Part shown: positions 28,534-39,214 of the stretch, piece by piece
Layout of the letters: each line of letters starts with the position of its first letter
How positions within the stretch are numbered: the first letter of the stretch is position 1
From: an uncultured bacterium
Lineage (GTDB): Bacteria > Babelota > Babeliae > Babelales > Babelaceae
Direction: 5' to 3'
NCBI GenBank assembly: GCA_963848965.1
Contig: CAWKFG010000005.1
Location: 64,686-128,685 of the forward strand
DNA length: 64,000 nt
Program-made: the position numbers and the translations under genes
Notes under the pieces: model-generated
Told to the model about the DNA's origin: nothing
The model's database searches: none
The model's input: only the letters and a program-made list of their open reading frames with translations

Positions 28534-31297
28534 ATTTTGTTTCCAAGCGTACACGCAACTGTTCAATCTCTTTTTGCTGCTTTTGTACTTGTTTGAGCAA
28601 TAGAGCAATAAGAAGGGTATAATTTACAGAATGAGCTTTTTTGTTTTTTGTGTGTACAACAAGTGTTGGATCTACTTGCTCTACTTCTTTTGCAAGCAGG
28701 CCATAATGAGTTCCCTGTTTTGTAGTATAACGTACAGGGCGTAATTTCATGAGAGTATCTGTTAGTTGTATGTCTTGAACATTTTCCTTTGGCTCTTCTG
28801 GCGTTTCAACAACTCCTAACTGAGCAGTATTCGGGTTTATATAAACAGGTACGGCTTCATTTTGATCAAGTGGAGTAAAGATGATTCCTGCAATAAAGCA
28901 GTTTTGTTGCGAGGGAGTACCAAGATTGCCATCAGTGCCAATTCGTATAGTGCCTTGCTCGTTTGCACTTCCAGCATTACTTTGAATATAAATATTATTG
29001 CTTCCGGTTGTGAGCCCTGTACCAGCTGAACCACCTAAAGCAGTATTGTTACTTCCTGTAGTGAGATTTGTAAAAGTAGAAGCTCCATAAGCGCAGTTGT
29101 TACTTCCTGAGATATTGGCTTTTAAAGCAAACATTCCATGTGCACTATTGAGGCTTCCCTCTTGATTTGCTTGAAGACAATTTGCACCTGTTGCTGTATT
29201 TTGTGTACCTGTAGTATTTGCTTGAAGAGCAGAAGCTCCTTCTGCTGTATTAAAAAAGCCGGTAGTGTTAGCAGTAAGTGCTAGAGTACCAGTGCCAGTA
29301 TTACCTATACCATTGCCTGTAGTGTTTATTAATACATTGTATCCAATGCCTGTATTGTTAGATGTATTATTTTTAGAGCCTGCAGATAGTCCTACAAATG
29401 TATTTGTATTATCGGAGCCTTTATTGTGAATAAATGATATACCCCCTTTTGAAATAATACCTGTATTAGTAGATAAAAAGGATTCCTTAAGATTAATGTT
29501 TCCTTCGGTATTAATATCTTTAGCTATAAAGCTACCAGTATTATCACGTCGTATTATGGTATTTGGAGTATTAGTAGAAACAGCATTGCTGACAGTAGTT
29601 GCCGTTTGAGGTCCTGTTACTTCTCCTTGTAATTGACTACTAAAGCTACTAGCAGTAGTTGCTGTTGTGGCATTACCAAGCAGGTTACCTGTGATAGTTG
29701 TTACTGTAATGGAACCAGATGAGTCCCGTTTAACGATAGTATTAGGAGTGTTAGTAGAAACAGCATTGCTGACAACGGTTGCTGTTTGAGGTCCTGTTAC
29801 TTCTCCTTGTAATTGGCCGCTAAAGCTACTAGCAGTAGTTGCCGTTGTAGCATTACCAAGAAGATCGCCTTTAACATTTGTTACTGTAATAGCGCCAAAG
29901 GGGTCTCGTTTAACTATGCTATTAAAAACGTTATCTGGAGTTGGTGTATTTTCAAATTTATCATCTCCAACTGTCTTATTTATAATTTTTGATCCGCTTA
30001 TACTACTGTCTGCAACATCATCATTGCTAAGAAGTTGAGTTGCAAGAAGCCCATTTTGTGCATGAACAAGTCCATTCAATTGACCAGCAGTAAGGTTTCC
30101 GGTAATAGTAAGATGCCGTACGTTTTCATCTTTTACAAGAACTTTGCCAATAATGGCTCCGTTAACCTCGATATTACCGCCAACTTGTATATTTTGAGCT
30201 TGCACATCTTGAGTTGTCAGATGACCAAGCGAGGTCGTTCCTTTTACTTGTAGATTTTGTGTTTGAACGTCTTGAATTTCCAGAGTAGTAAGTGACGTTT
30301 TACCTTTAACAGAAAGATCATGGTTTATAAGTGTGTTGCCACTCACAGTAAGCTTTTTTAGTTGTCCGTTGTTGGCGGTAATAGTATTTAAAGAAGCACT
30401 GCGCCCTTTAATATTTTTTGCTGTAACATCTGAAAGTGCTGTCTTACCTTTAACAGAAAGACCATTGCGTACTTGGGCGTTGCCAGTAACAGAAAGTTTG
30501 TTTACTTGTTCTTCTGTGGAAGTAACTTTTTTAAAAGATGCATTTTTGCCGTCAATTTCTTGTGTCTGGATAGTATGTGCTGTAACGTCTGAGAGTGATG
30601 TTTTACCGGTAACACCAAGGCCAGCGTTTATCTGAGTAGTCCCAGTAACAGAGAGATTTTTGATGCTACCTTGAGAGGTGTTAAGAGTATTAAAAGAAGC
30701 ATCTTGTCCTTCTATGCTGTGAGTACCCTTGATAGTAGTTGCTTGTATACTATCTACTAAAGCAGTTGAGAGTATGGTATTGCCTTTTACTTCAAGGCCT
30801 TTGTCTATAAACGTATTAGCACAAAGGAGTATTTTTCCATTAACACGGAGACAGTTTTTAACTAAAAGATTACAAGCAACTTCTGAAGATCCGCGTGTGG
30901 TTACGAAAGCTTCTTGAGAAGTTAACTGCTTCTTATATTCGATAAATGCATGTTCATACTGTTCACGCTCAGTCTCAGAGGCAATGTTTTTCGTAAGTGT
31001 CAAAGCAGCATCTGTTGCTTTACTTGCTGTATCAAAGAGGGCGAATGCACCGCCTCTACGAATATGGTGGCACAACTCAAGTAGTTCTACAGAATTGTCT
31101 AAAGAAAGCTTTTCTTGTAATGTAAGAAACAAAGGAGCCACTTCATCATCTATATAGACAAACTGCTCATGAGGATTATCAATAATTGCTGAAAGTTCTT
31201 CTGAAGAGAGTGTAAGATATGTTTCAGGTGTTGTGTCCTGTTCTGCTTGTATGACAGCTGTAAAAAAAAGTAATGCACCTATACTTCTATACTTCAC
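28532..31297 (-). CDS. Secreted tail-fibre/adhesin-like protein with C-terminal S74-type intramolecular chaperone
   Basis: Signal peptide, beta-rich repeats, N-x-A-x-G-x-x-A-L repeats, C-terminus LRPVRY..YGLLAKEV..VNY + coiled coil. Confidence 0.82.
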   Translation of the reverse strand: MKYRSIGALLFFTAVIQAEQDTTPETYLTLSSEELSAIIDNPHEQFVYIDDEVAPLFLTLQEKLSLDNSVELLELCHHIRRGGAFALFDTASKATDAALTLTKNIASETEREQYEHAFIEYKKQLTSQEAFVTTRGSSEVACNLLVKNCLRVNGKILLCANTFIDKGLEVKGNTILSTALVDSIQATTIKGTHSIEGQDASFNTLNTSQGSIKNLSVTGTTQINAGLGVTGKTSLSDVTAHTIQTQEIDGKNASFKKVTSTEEQVNKLSVTGNAQVRNGLSVKGKTALSDVTAKNIKGRSASLNTITANNGQLKKLTVSGNTLINHDLSVKGKTSLTTLEIQDVQTQNLQVKGTTSLGHLTTQDVQAQNIQVGGNIEVNGAIIGKVLVKDENVRHLTITGNLTAGQLNGLVHAQNGLLATQLLSNDDVADSSISGSKIINKTVGDDKFENTPTPDNVFNSIVKRDPFGAITVTNVKGDLLGNATTATTASSFSGQLQGEVTGPQTATVVSNAVSTNTPNTIVKRDSSGSITVTTITGNLLGNATTATTASSFSSQLQGEVTGPQTATTVSNAVSTNTPNTIIRRDNTGSFIAKDINTEGNINLKESFLSTNTGIISKGGISFIHNKGSDNTNTFVGLSAGSKNNTSNNTGIGYNVLINTTGNGIGNTGTGTLALTANTTGFFNTAEGASALQANTTGTQNTATGANCLQANQEGSLNSAHGMFALKANISGSNNCAYGASTFTNLTTGSNNTALGGSAGTGLTTGSNNIYIQSNAGSANEQGTIRIGTDGNLGTPSQQNCFIAGIIFTPLDQNEAVPVYINPNTAQLGVVETPEEPKENVQDIQLTDTLMKLRPVRYTTKQGTHYGLLAKEVEQVDPTLVVHTKNKKAHSVNYTLLIALLLKQVQKQQKEIEQLRVRLETK
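29545..29920 (-). repeat. Intragenic tandem repeat, 180-bp (60-aa) period, about 2 copies
   Basis: LLGNATTATTASSFSxQLQGEVTGPQTATxVSNAVSTNTPNTI twice; DNA matches at 29571 and 29751. Confidence 0.9.
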
Positions 31298-31420
31298 AAA
31301 ATACCTCCTTAGCTGAAGCTCTGACTATTTGATTGAGCGTAGTTTAGAGAATCGCAAGGAAGTAAATCAAGATTTTGTTTGAATTGAGAGCACACATGCT
31401 CTCAAAAGTGAGTACTGGTA

Positions 31421-33100
31421 TTATGTAGTACCATTTTTTTTGAGTAACGATTGTAAAAGAGTAAAAAGAGTACTTTTGTCGTTGTCTTCAACATCTGGTG
31501 GTGTAGCACTATCAGGAGCATCTAAAATAGTATATTCTTTTTGGAGGCCCTCTTTTATATATTGAGGTAATTTTCTAAATATTCGAGCTCTATTTTCAGA
31601 TAATAGTATTGGTTTGTTGCTTATTGATTTTTTGTATTGTAAGTACCATATAAGTATAACTTTATCTAAGTCTAAGAAGCTGTTAAGAGCAAAAAGGTCA
31701 TAAAGCCGTACTGTTCTATCAACTGAAGCAGTAGCAATGTATCTTCCATTGGGTGAAACTGCTATACTAGTAATTGCTCCTCTATGAAGAGCGATTTCAA
31801 GGCAATCAAAGTTGCTTAAATTCCAGATTTTTAACACACCTGTACTTGTGCCAGTAGCAGCAAAAACTCCTATAGGGCTAATTGCTACAGCAGTCACTCT
31901 TTGTGATCGATGTTCTAATTCTGTTTGTCGACTAGTTTTAAGATCGAGTATATAGCACTTATGGGTATCCTTAGCAGTATAAATAAGCTTTTTGGTAGTA
32001 CTAACATCCAGGAGCTGTATTTGTTGACGTAAGGAACTTTTAGTATCAAGCCTATTCGCATCTAAGCTATAAAGCTTTGCTGTTCCACCTTTTGAGCTAA
32101 AAAGTATATAGTTATTTTGAGAGGTAGGCAGAATTGGGATGTCCTGTTCAGTAACACCCCGAAGAACAACTGAGTGATTAAATTTATCGACAGGAATAAA
32201 GTTTTGTGCAATATCGCCAAAAAACAATTTATCGGTATCGCGTGTTTGTACTAAAAACATTGTTCCAGAAGGATAAAAATTTATTTTCACAAGAGGTGAT
32301 GTAAGTGAGGTAACTTGAAGAGACTCTTGTTTAATAAGATTCCACAGACAGATTCTCCCATCTGCGGATCCTGCTAAAACAATATTTTGGTTATTTACGG
32401 CGATGCTTGTTATTGTGTCCTGAGGTCCAATAAGACGAGATTGAGGTGCTACAACATCTTGAGTAATCTTCCATACAACAGCTTCTTGATCTGCAGATCC
32501 TGTAATAAGAAGATTGCTAGTGGGGTTAAAGGTAATTGCAGTAACTTTATCTCCATGCCCTTTAAAAAGCAGCGTTCCTCCATCGGCTTCAATTATTTCT
32601 TGAGGAGTAGTTGGTACGCTCTTGAGAAGTTGTTTGTTAATTTCGATAGCTTCTTCAGGTGCTGGAACTGCTGATAGTATACTATCAAATGATTTCCCAT
32701 ATAAAATAGAAAGGCGCCATAAAAGGCAAGCATTATGGTCAAATATAGCGTTTTTTGCTACCGAAATGTCATCTTTTTTATCTTCTTTATCTGCATACCA
32801 TGTAGGCAGTAACCGTCTCATAAAAGATTCGCTGGATTTTTCAGGAAATATTTCTTTCATAAGTGCTCGATGGGTTTCAGAAGTGTCACAAGGATTTTGT
32901 AAAAGGAGCACACTGCTCTGGATACTACTAACGTTAGCTGATGACTTCACTGAAGGTGGCGCCGTCATTATCGACTCAGAAATTATTTCTTGTTGAGTAG
33001 CTACTGTTATGCTTGATTCTTCAGGAGGTGCTTCCATACCACATACATAGGAAGATGCTACATAAGTACTAATGGAAAAGATAAGCACTCTTATTTTCAT
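31421..33100 (-). CDS. WD40-repeat protein, putative effector
   Basis: GHGDKVTAITF...GSADQEAVVW, HRGAITSIAVSPNG...ASVDRTVRLYD; signal peptide VCG-ME. Confidence 0.88.
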   Translation of the reverse strand: MKIRVLIFSISTYVASSYVCGMEAPPEESSITVATQQEIISESIMTAPPSVKSSANVSSIQSSVLLLQNPCDTSETHRALMKEIFPEKSSESFMRRLLPTWYADKEDKKDDISVAKNAIFDHNACLLWRLSILYGKSFDSILSAVPAPEEAIEINKQLLKSVPTTPQEIIEADGGTLLFKGHGDKVTAITFNPTSNLLITGSADQEAVVWKITQDVVAPQSRLIGPQDTITSIAVNNQNIVLAGSADGRICLWNLIKQESLQVTSLTSPLVKINFYPSGTMFLVQTRDTDKLFFGDIAQNFIPVDKFNHSVVLRGVTEQDIPILPTSQNNYILFSSKGGTAKLYSLDANRLDTKSSLRQQIQLLDVSTTKKLIYTAKDTHKCYILDLKTSRQTELEHRSQRVTAVAISPIGVFAATGTSTGVLKIWNLSNFDCLEIALHRGAITSIAVSPNGRYIATASVDRTVRLYDLFALNSFLDLDKVILIWYLQYKKSISNKPILLSENRARIFRKLPQYIKEGLQKEYTILDAPDSATPPDVEDNDKSTLFTLLQSLLKKNGTT

Positions 33101-33251
33101 AGATACCCCCCTTATATTTACTTGCAATTTTATAGCATTGTGAGGAAGTCTTAGCAACACATAACTGCTTAGTAGTTAAGAAAGAAAATAGTACTCTAGA
33201 CTCTTATTTTTTCATTGTAACAGAAAGTGCTCGAGGGTCAAATACAAACAC

Positions 33252-34619
33252 CTATTTACCGACACAAAACTCTTTAAATACCATATCCATGCCAGCTTCG
33301 CTTACTGATCTACCTGTAAGTTCGCTTATATGTTCAAGAGCATCCTTTAAGTGATAGGAGACAATCTCATATTGTATAACTCCAGTAAGCAGCTCAAGGA
33401 TAGTATAAAGCTTTTTTTCAAGGCCAAGCAAAAGCGTGTGCTGGCGCTTATTAAGCAGAAAAGGAGAATCGAGCGAAGAAAAAAACTCTTGGATCTTATT
33501 TTCAAGAGCACCTTCAAGCTGTGCATTGTGCTCTTGTAGTATCGTTGAAAACGGTATATGTGCTTGATCTTTTAAGACATGTTCTTGTAGTAATAGGTCT
33601 GCTTTATTACGTACTAAGATAATTTTATGCTTATACATGTTCATAAGCTCTTGGTAAACGTTCTGTTCTTCATCTGAAAGAGATCGCGACCCATCAAAAA
33701 CAAGAAGTATAATATCAGCTTTATGAGCTTCTTCAAAAGAGCGCTTTATGCCCTCTTGTTCAATGATATCTGCCGTCTGACGAAGACCGGCAGTATCAAT
33801 GAGTGTCCAGTAGTTGCCATTGCGATAGACTCCGGCTTCGATAACATCACGTGTTGTTCCTGCAATATTTGTTACAATAGCTCGCCGGTGTCCTAGCAAT
33901 GCGTTAAAAATAGAGGATTTACCAGCATTTACAGAGCCAATAAGAGCTATTCTAATACCTTGCCGAATCTGTTGCTGTGCATCAAACGTTTTTTTAAGCT
34001 CTGTAATTTTTTCAAGAACGGTCATTATTTGTTCTTTAATCTGAGGACCAAATTCAGCTTCTTCATCCAAAAATTCAAAGCTTGCTTCACACCAGGCAAG
34101 TGCACGAATAAGCTCCCGTTCAAGGATGCTTATCCAATGCGAAAAGCTTCCTTCAAGTTGAGAAAGTGATTTTTTTAAAGCAAGTTGGGTATTAGCACTA
34201 ATAAGCTCATTAATAGCCTCTGCTTGAATAAGGTCTATTTTACCATGCAAAAAGGCCCGCCTGGTAAATTCTCCCTCTTGAGCTATCCGGGCACCGTGCT
34301 TTATCCCTTGAGTAATAAGAGCTTCAATAAGAAACGGATTGTTATGACAGGTAATTTCTATAGTATCTTGTCCAGTAAATGTTTTAGGGCCGTCCATAAC
34401 AATAATCATAACATGATCAATAGAAACTTCTTGATCATGTATATGGCCGTAGTGTATTGTGTGAGAAGGAACTTCCTCAATCTTTTTGCCTGAAGCAAGG
34501 CGTGCAAAAGATCCCACGAGTATGCGCACTTGTGGGCCACTTACACGAATAAGAGCAAGTGCTCCTTTTCCCTGCGGCGTACATTGAGCAATAATAATTT
34601 CTTCATCACGTGTAACCAC
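33252..34619 (-). CDS. mnmE: tRNA modification GTPase MnmE
   Basis: FTGQDTIEI, GEFTRRAF, GSVNAGKSS, AGTTRD, DTAG, NKAD, FCVGK. Confidence 0.96.
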   Translation of the reverse strand: MVTRDEEIIIAQCTPQGKGALALIRVSGPQVRILVGSFARLASGKKIEEVPSHTIHYGHIHDQEVSIDHVMIIVMDGPKTFTGQDTIEITCHNNPFLIEALITQGIKHGARIAQEGEFTRRAFLHGKIDLIQAEAINELISANTQLALKKSLSQLEGSFSHWISILERELIRALAWCEASFEFLDEEAEFGPQIKEQIMTVLEKITELKKTFDAQQQIRQGIRIALIGSVNAGKSSIFNALLGHRRAIVTNIAGTTRDVIEAGVYRNGNYWTLIDTAGLRQTADIIEQEGIKRSFEEAHKADIILLVFDGSRSLSDEEQNVYQELMNMYKHKIILVRNKADLLLQEHVLKDQAHIPFSTILQEHNAQLEGALENKIQEFFSSLDSPFLLNKRQHTLLLGLEKKLYTILELLTGVIQYEIVSYHLKDALEHISELTGRSVSEAGMDMVFKEFCVGK

Positions 34620-35275
34620 TAGGCAGCTCCTATGAAAACAATTTTGTATCCTTTAAGTGGTCTTTTATATCTATTTTTAAGCATTTGTAGAAAGAGCGTA
34701 GAGAGGCTAGAAAACAGATGTTTTTCACGAGCTTTATCTTCAAAAATAGGATTTGTAAAGTTAAGTCGTAAATAAAAATGTTGAGGTTCAATCGTAAATT
34801 GCACAGAGCTTGCATTCAGTTGTGCGAGTGTATCGTGCATCCACTGAGTTACGTCTGAGATCATAGCGTCTGTCCATACCGGTTGCTGTGCAGGTGCAGC
34901 TTCTTGAACTGGTTCTGATTGGACTGTATGTACCTCTTGTACTTGCTTAGCTTGCTCTTTTGGAGCACGAGGAGTTCGAGGTTTTAACTCTCTTTGTTTG
35001 TGCCGTGGCTTAGATGGTTCTTTAGATGCAGGAGCTTGCTTTGGAGCTGACGGCTTTTGACGTATTTGTGACTCTTCTTGTGGTTTTGCTACATGCTCAT
35101 CACTAAAAAAGATACCAATTTTGGCAGAACGAACAGTAAGGCCAATAAAATTTCTTTGTGGCTCTTCAAGAATTTTTACCGTAAATTCTTTTGGTTGTCC
35201 TGCACTTATCCAGCCTTTCTCTATGGCTTTTATAATAGAGGAAGCTTCTTCCATAACAGATTTCATAAAAAACAC
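34619..35275 (-). CDS. jag: Jag/KhpB-like protein (Jag_N domain, reduced C-terminus)
   Basis: SIIKAIEKG...VKILEEPQRNFIGL; sits next to mnmE as in many bacteria. Confidence 0.65.
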   Translation of the reverse strand: MFFMKSVMEEASSIIKAIEKGWISAGQPKEFTVKILEEPQRNFIGLTVRSAKIGIFFSDEHVAKPQEESQIRQKPSAPKQAPASKEPSKPRHKQRELKPRTPRAPKEQAKQVQEVHTVQSEPVQEAAPAQQPVWTDAMISDVTQWMHDTLAQLNASSVQFTIEPQHFYLRLNFTNPIFEDKAREKHLFSSLSTLFLQMLKNRYKRPLKGYKIVFIGAA

Positions 35276-35336
35276 CTTTTATTGAGGGTATATACTACAG
35301 AGTTATAAGAAAAGAGCAGAAGGGAGAGTGTAATTT

Positions 35337-35412
35337 TGGAGCGGGAAACGGGATTCGAACCCGCGACCTTTGCCATGGCAAGGCAACGCTCTACCAGCTG
35401 AGCTATTCCCGC
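35337..35412 (-). tRNA. tRNA-Gly(GCC)
   Basis: GCGGGAATAGCTCAGCTGGTAGAGCG-TTGCC-TTGCCAT-GGCAA-AGGTCGCGGGTTCGAATCCCGTTTCCCGCTCCA. Confidence 0.97.
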
Positions 35413-35590
35413 ACACTACTTATAATAAAAGTACCACTATTTATCACAATTGTCAACTTACTATAGCTCGATTTTAAGGGGTCTTTGAGAACATTTGCTT
35501 TTCTTCTTAAAGAGCTTATGAAGTTCAAATTAACGAATAGAAAAAAAATTGTTATACTTTTTCTATACGCTGGATTTTATAGGAAGTTTT

Positions 35591-36193
35591 ATGATCGCAT
35601 CATTACATGGAATTATTAGACATACGGCTACTCAGCTTATTACTGTTGAGGTGGCTGGAGTGGGATTTGTTGTAGGAGTACCTGATGAGCGGATATACTC
35701 TGTAGGAGATACTGCTCGTCTTGAAATTTACTTTCATTGGAATGCAGAAAATGGACCACAACTATTTGGTTTTAGTTCTGATGTTGCTAAAACAACGTTT
35801 TCCCTCATTTTGAGTGTTTCTGGCTTGGGGCCTAAGATAGGTCTTGCTGTACTCTCTTCTTTAACGCCTGAACAGTTTTTGCAGGCAATTGCTCTTGCTG
35901 ATATAAAAACGTTAAGCAGTGTCAGTGGTATTGGTGCTAAAAAAGCAGAGCTTATTATTATGCAGTTGCGTGATAAAGCTGCAAAGGTGACAATGCCTGG
36001 AGGTTCTAGTTCTCAGGAAGGAGCAACTCTTACGAAAATAAAAGAGATTTCAGATGCTCTTTCTTCTTTAAACTACTCTCGAGCAGAAGTTACAATGGCT
36101 CTTGATTATATAAAAAAGAATTTTGCTCTACAAGAAACTTCGTTTGATGAACTTTTGCGTAAATCGCTCACTTTTTTATCAAGGCGTGGTTAG
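35591..36193 (+). CDS. ruvA: Holliday junction branch migration protein RuvA
   Basis: MIASLHG, VAGVGF, LFGF, VSGLGPK, VSGIGAKKAE, ALSSLNY. Confidence 0.93.
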   Translation: MIASLHGIIRHTATQLITVEVAGVGFVVGVPDERIYSVGDTARLEIYFHWNAENGPQLFGFSSDVAKTTFSLILSVSGLGPKIGLAVLSSLTPEQFLQAIALADIKTLSSVSGIGAKKAELIIMQLRDKAAKVTMPGGSSSQEGATLTKIKEISDALSSLNYSRAEVTMALDYIKKNFALQETSFDELLRKSLTFLSRRG

Positions 36194-36304
36194 AGGGATA
36201 TATATGCTATGGATTTATACATGGTCTGCCACGGTTGCTCGACCATATCAGAGATGTCGTGCATCTTTGTGGTAACTATTCTAACCTTTTACGTGTGAGT
36301 AACT

Positions 36305-37633
36305 ATGGACTTTTTACATTCATGTTATAACTTTGTTTTTTCTTTTAACGCACTTCTTGCACTACCTTCACTTCTTTTATTTGTAGGTACTGGTATATTT
36401 TTAACTTTTAAGACGCGCTTTATGCAGATTCGAGGATTTCCTCGATTTATAAAACTCGTTACACAAGGAGTTGCTGAATCCCATAAGGAAGGAGTAAAGA
36501 CAATTAATCCATTCCATGCGCTTTTTAGTGCTATGGCTACAACAATTGGAATGGGTAATATCGTGGGGCCTTCTATGGCAATTAGTATTGGGGGACCGGG
36601 TGCATTATTTTGGCTTCTTTTATATATCTTTTTTGGCTCTGTAACAAAATTTACCGAAGTTACGTTTGCAGTCTACTCTCGTACAACCAGTGCTAAAGGT
36701 GATATTATAGGCGGTCCTACACAATACCTTAAACTTGTTACTCCCTCATTAGGTACGTGGTATGCTCTGCTTACGATGGTTCTTTTTACTGTATGGTCGA
36801 GTATTCAAGTCAATACTTTATCTTGTATTTGGGCACAAGAAGGAATTCCGCAATGGTTTACAGGTCTCCTTGCTGTAAGTATTCTTCTTGGTGTTGTTTT
36901 AGGGGGAGTACAGCGTATTGGGTTTTTTGCAAGCCGTATTGTTCCTCTAAAGTTTGTTTTGTATATTAGTTTTGCATTGCTTATTTTAGCGCAAAATCCA
37001 TTGGGTGTTTTACAAGCTTTAAAGCTTATGATTACCTGTGCTTTTGCTCCACAAGCTGCATGTGGGGGCATTACAGGAATTACCGTATTTACAGCGTTGC
37101 GTGAAGGTATTTATAAAAGTATTTTTATTACAGAAGCAGGAGTTGGAACATCTTCTATATCTCATGCTCTTGCTGATGTAAAAAGGCCTTCAGATCAGGG
37201 ACTTCTTGCATTATTTTCTGGTATTGCAGATTTTTGCTTATGTTTACTTTCAGGGCTATTAACGTTAGTAACAGGAGTATGGGCCTCTGGTAAATTAAGT
37301 AATACGCTCATTTATGAAGCATTTAAAATGCATTCACCTCTAGCAGGAGGGCAGTATATTCTTATTGTGAGTGTTCTTTTGTTTGTTATTACTGCTCTTA
37401 TTGGTAATACCTATAACGGAAGCCAAAGCTTTGCTGCGCTTACACGGTACAAGTATGTGAAAGCGTATTATATTGTAGCAGCACTTATAGCATTTTCAGG
37501 AGCACTTGTTGCTGTACCATTTATTTGGAATCTAATGGATATTATTCTTGTATTCGTGGCATTACCTAACTTGGTAGGTCTTATCTTTCTTTCTTATAAA
37601 TACGCTCATTTGTTGGAGATACAAAAACAGTAA
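36305..37633 (+). CDS. Alanine/glycine:cation symporter (AGCS family)
   Basis: IGMGNIVG, GGPGALFW, TKFTEV, GGP, EAGVG, ALPNL. Confidence 0.92.
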   Translation: MDFLHSCYNFVFSFNALLALPSLLLFVGTGIFLTFKTRFMQIRGFPRFIKLVTQGVAESHKEGVKTINPFHALFSAMATTIGMGNIVGPSMAISIGGPGALFWLLLYIFFGSVTKFTEVTFAVYSRTTSAKGDIIGGPTQYLKLVTPSLGTWYALLTMVLFTVWSSIQVNTLSCIWAQEGIPQWFTGLLAVSILLGVVLGGVQRIGFFASRIVPLKFVLYISFALLILAQNPLGVLQALKLMITCAFAPQAACGGITGITVFTALREGIYKSIFITEAGVGTSSISHALADVKRPSDQGLLALFSGIADFCLCLLSGLLTLVTGVWASGKLSNTLIYEAFKMHSPLAGGQYILIVSVLLFVITALIGNTYNGSQSFAALTRYKYVKAYYIVAALIAFSGALVAVPFIWNLMDIILVFVALPNLVGLIFLSYKYAHLLEIQKQ

Positions 37634-37718
37634 TATAGTACTCTTTGGTACAATACGAGTAATGATAAAGCCTTAAGCAAAAGGGGTAAAGAAGAAGGGA
37701 GACAGCTGTCTCCCTTAA

Positions 37719-38402
37719 TTATCTACGTCCGTAATTGCGAGGAGAAGGCGGAGCTCCAGGTGTTACCTGTGGTGGTTTGTAAAAAATCTCAACAAACTTT
37801 GCTAGTGCAAGAAGTATATTGCCAATATCCCAATTAAAGTTAGTATTGAATATTTTCATCGTCATAACATCTTTATTTGTGATATCTCTATACTTGTCAG
37901 GAAAATGATTATAAACTGCGGACTTTACAGCGCGCATAGTATCTGCAGCTTCTTCTTCAAAATCTGATGAATCATTTTGATGATGTTTATAAAGATTGTC
38001 TAAAAGAGTTTGCAGTTCATAAGGTGTTTGTGCTTTTTTTTCTGGCCATGCAGCTATAAATTTTTTCATTATTCTTTTTTCTATTGCACGGCGTGAAAGC
38101 TCTGTAACAAGTGCATACGTAAGTGCAGCAGAAGCTCCTCCTGCTACTGTTGGTATAACAGGCACATGTATCTTAGGAATATCGAGTGTGGTATATCCCA
38201 TATAATTGCAGAAACTTTTTGTACCAAAAAAACCTCCAAGTCCCCCGAGACCAGTTGCACTCCATCGTAGAGCTCTGTTCATAAAGCTTGAAAGCTCTTT
38301 ATCGGGCTTTGTTATGAAGATATCTTCTACAAGCTCCCAGGAAGCAGTAAGTGCTATGCTCGGTACAAGCATACTAAACATTAAAAATAGTCGTGTAACC
38401 AT
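37719..38402 (-). CDS. Hypothetical membrane/secreted protein
   Basis: Signal peptide plus two Gly-rich hydrophobic segments. Confidence 0.7.
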   Translation of the reverse strand: MVTRLFLMFSMLVPSIALTASWELVEDIFITKPDKELSSFMNRALRWSATGLGGLGGFFGTKSFCNYMGYTTLDIPKIHVPVIPTVAGGASAALTYALVTELSRRAIEKRIMKKFIAAWPEKKAQTPYELQTLLDNLYKHHQNDSSDFEEEAADTMRAVKSAVYNHFPDKYRDITNKDVMTMKIFNTNFNWDIGNILLALAKFVEIFYKPPQVTPGAPPSPRNYGRR

Positions 38403-38587
38403 ATGGTACCTCTTTTTCTAAGATTCTAAACTCTCCCCATAGTTTTATCCTACCATTATGTTATATATATCTCAAATGGTTCTGAAAATGCGAGGGTTTA
38501 ATAGGGGTATTTACAAATGTTGCAAAATGTGTAAAATTATATAAATAAGAATGTCTAAGTAAAATTACTAAACATGGGGCATACGGT

Positions 38588-39106
38588 ATGCAAGTAAAAG
38601 GATTATTGTTTTCTTTTGCCATTATCTCAGCATTTTTTGCTTATAATACTCTCTGTAAACCAGTTGAAAATACTGGGACATATACCCCTCTTCTTATTCA
38701 AATGGCTCGTAACTTGAGTAATCAAAAGGCTTTGCTTGGTGACAAAACCGGGCATGAAATAGTAGATCCATTCAGTACTATTTCTTTAGAGCCTGGCCTC
38801 AAGATTCCTTTTGTTTCTATTAAGAGATATATGAATCAGTATGTGAAAAATAAGCCCTATGCTCCGGCAAATGCTTTAAAGATTAAAACACAGCAGGGTC
38901 TTTTTTATATTTGGGAAAGCGAAGCTGGAGTAGTATGTGCTCCAGATCCAAAGCGCTTAAACATTGGCTTAGAGTGGGAAGCAAATACACTTCTTAAAGT
39001 AAACAGCGATGGACCAGAGAACAGACTTTCTGCAGCTGTTTTGCGCCTTTTAATTCTTATTAATAAGCAAGGTGAAATAAGGCTTGAACGACTTCAAAGA
39101 CCTTAA
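38588..39106 (+). CDS. Hypothetical secreted protein
   Basis: Signal peptide; 172-aa ORF. Confidence 0.7.
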   Translation: MQVKGLLFSFAIISAFFAYNTLCKPVENTGTYTPLLIQMARNLSNQKALLGDKTGHEIVDPFSTISLEPGLKIPFVSIKRYMNQYVKNKPYAPANALKIKTQQGLFYIWESEAGVVCAPDPKRLNIGLEWEANTLLKVNSDGPENRLSAAVLRLLILINKQGEIRLERLQRP

Positions 39107-39214
39107 AAGAGCATTTCTAACGAATGCTGGCATTCAAAACTGGTATTTTCGATACCATGAGCTATTCAAAGTCCAAAATACGAATAAGTGACGTACTAAA
39201 AGGTACTATTACTG

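Noticed and set aside
28532..31297. Prophage
   Set aside because: The fibre-like gene has a signal peptide and no capsid, terminase, tail or integrase genes nearby
35337..35412. Island integrated at tRNA-Gly
   Set aside because: Flanked by jag and ruvA; no duplicated tRNA 3' end or integrase seen
36194..36304. Glycine riboswitch upstream of the AGCS transporter
   Set aside because: Conserved GGAGA / CCGAAG / CTCAGG elements are absent; only a weak hairpin
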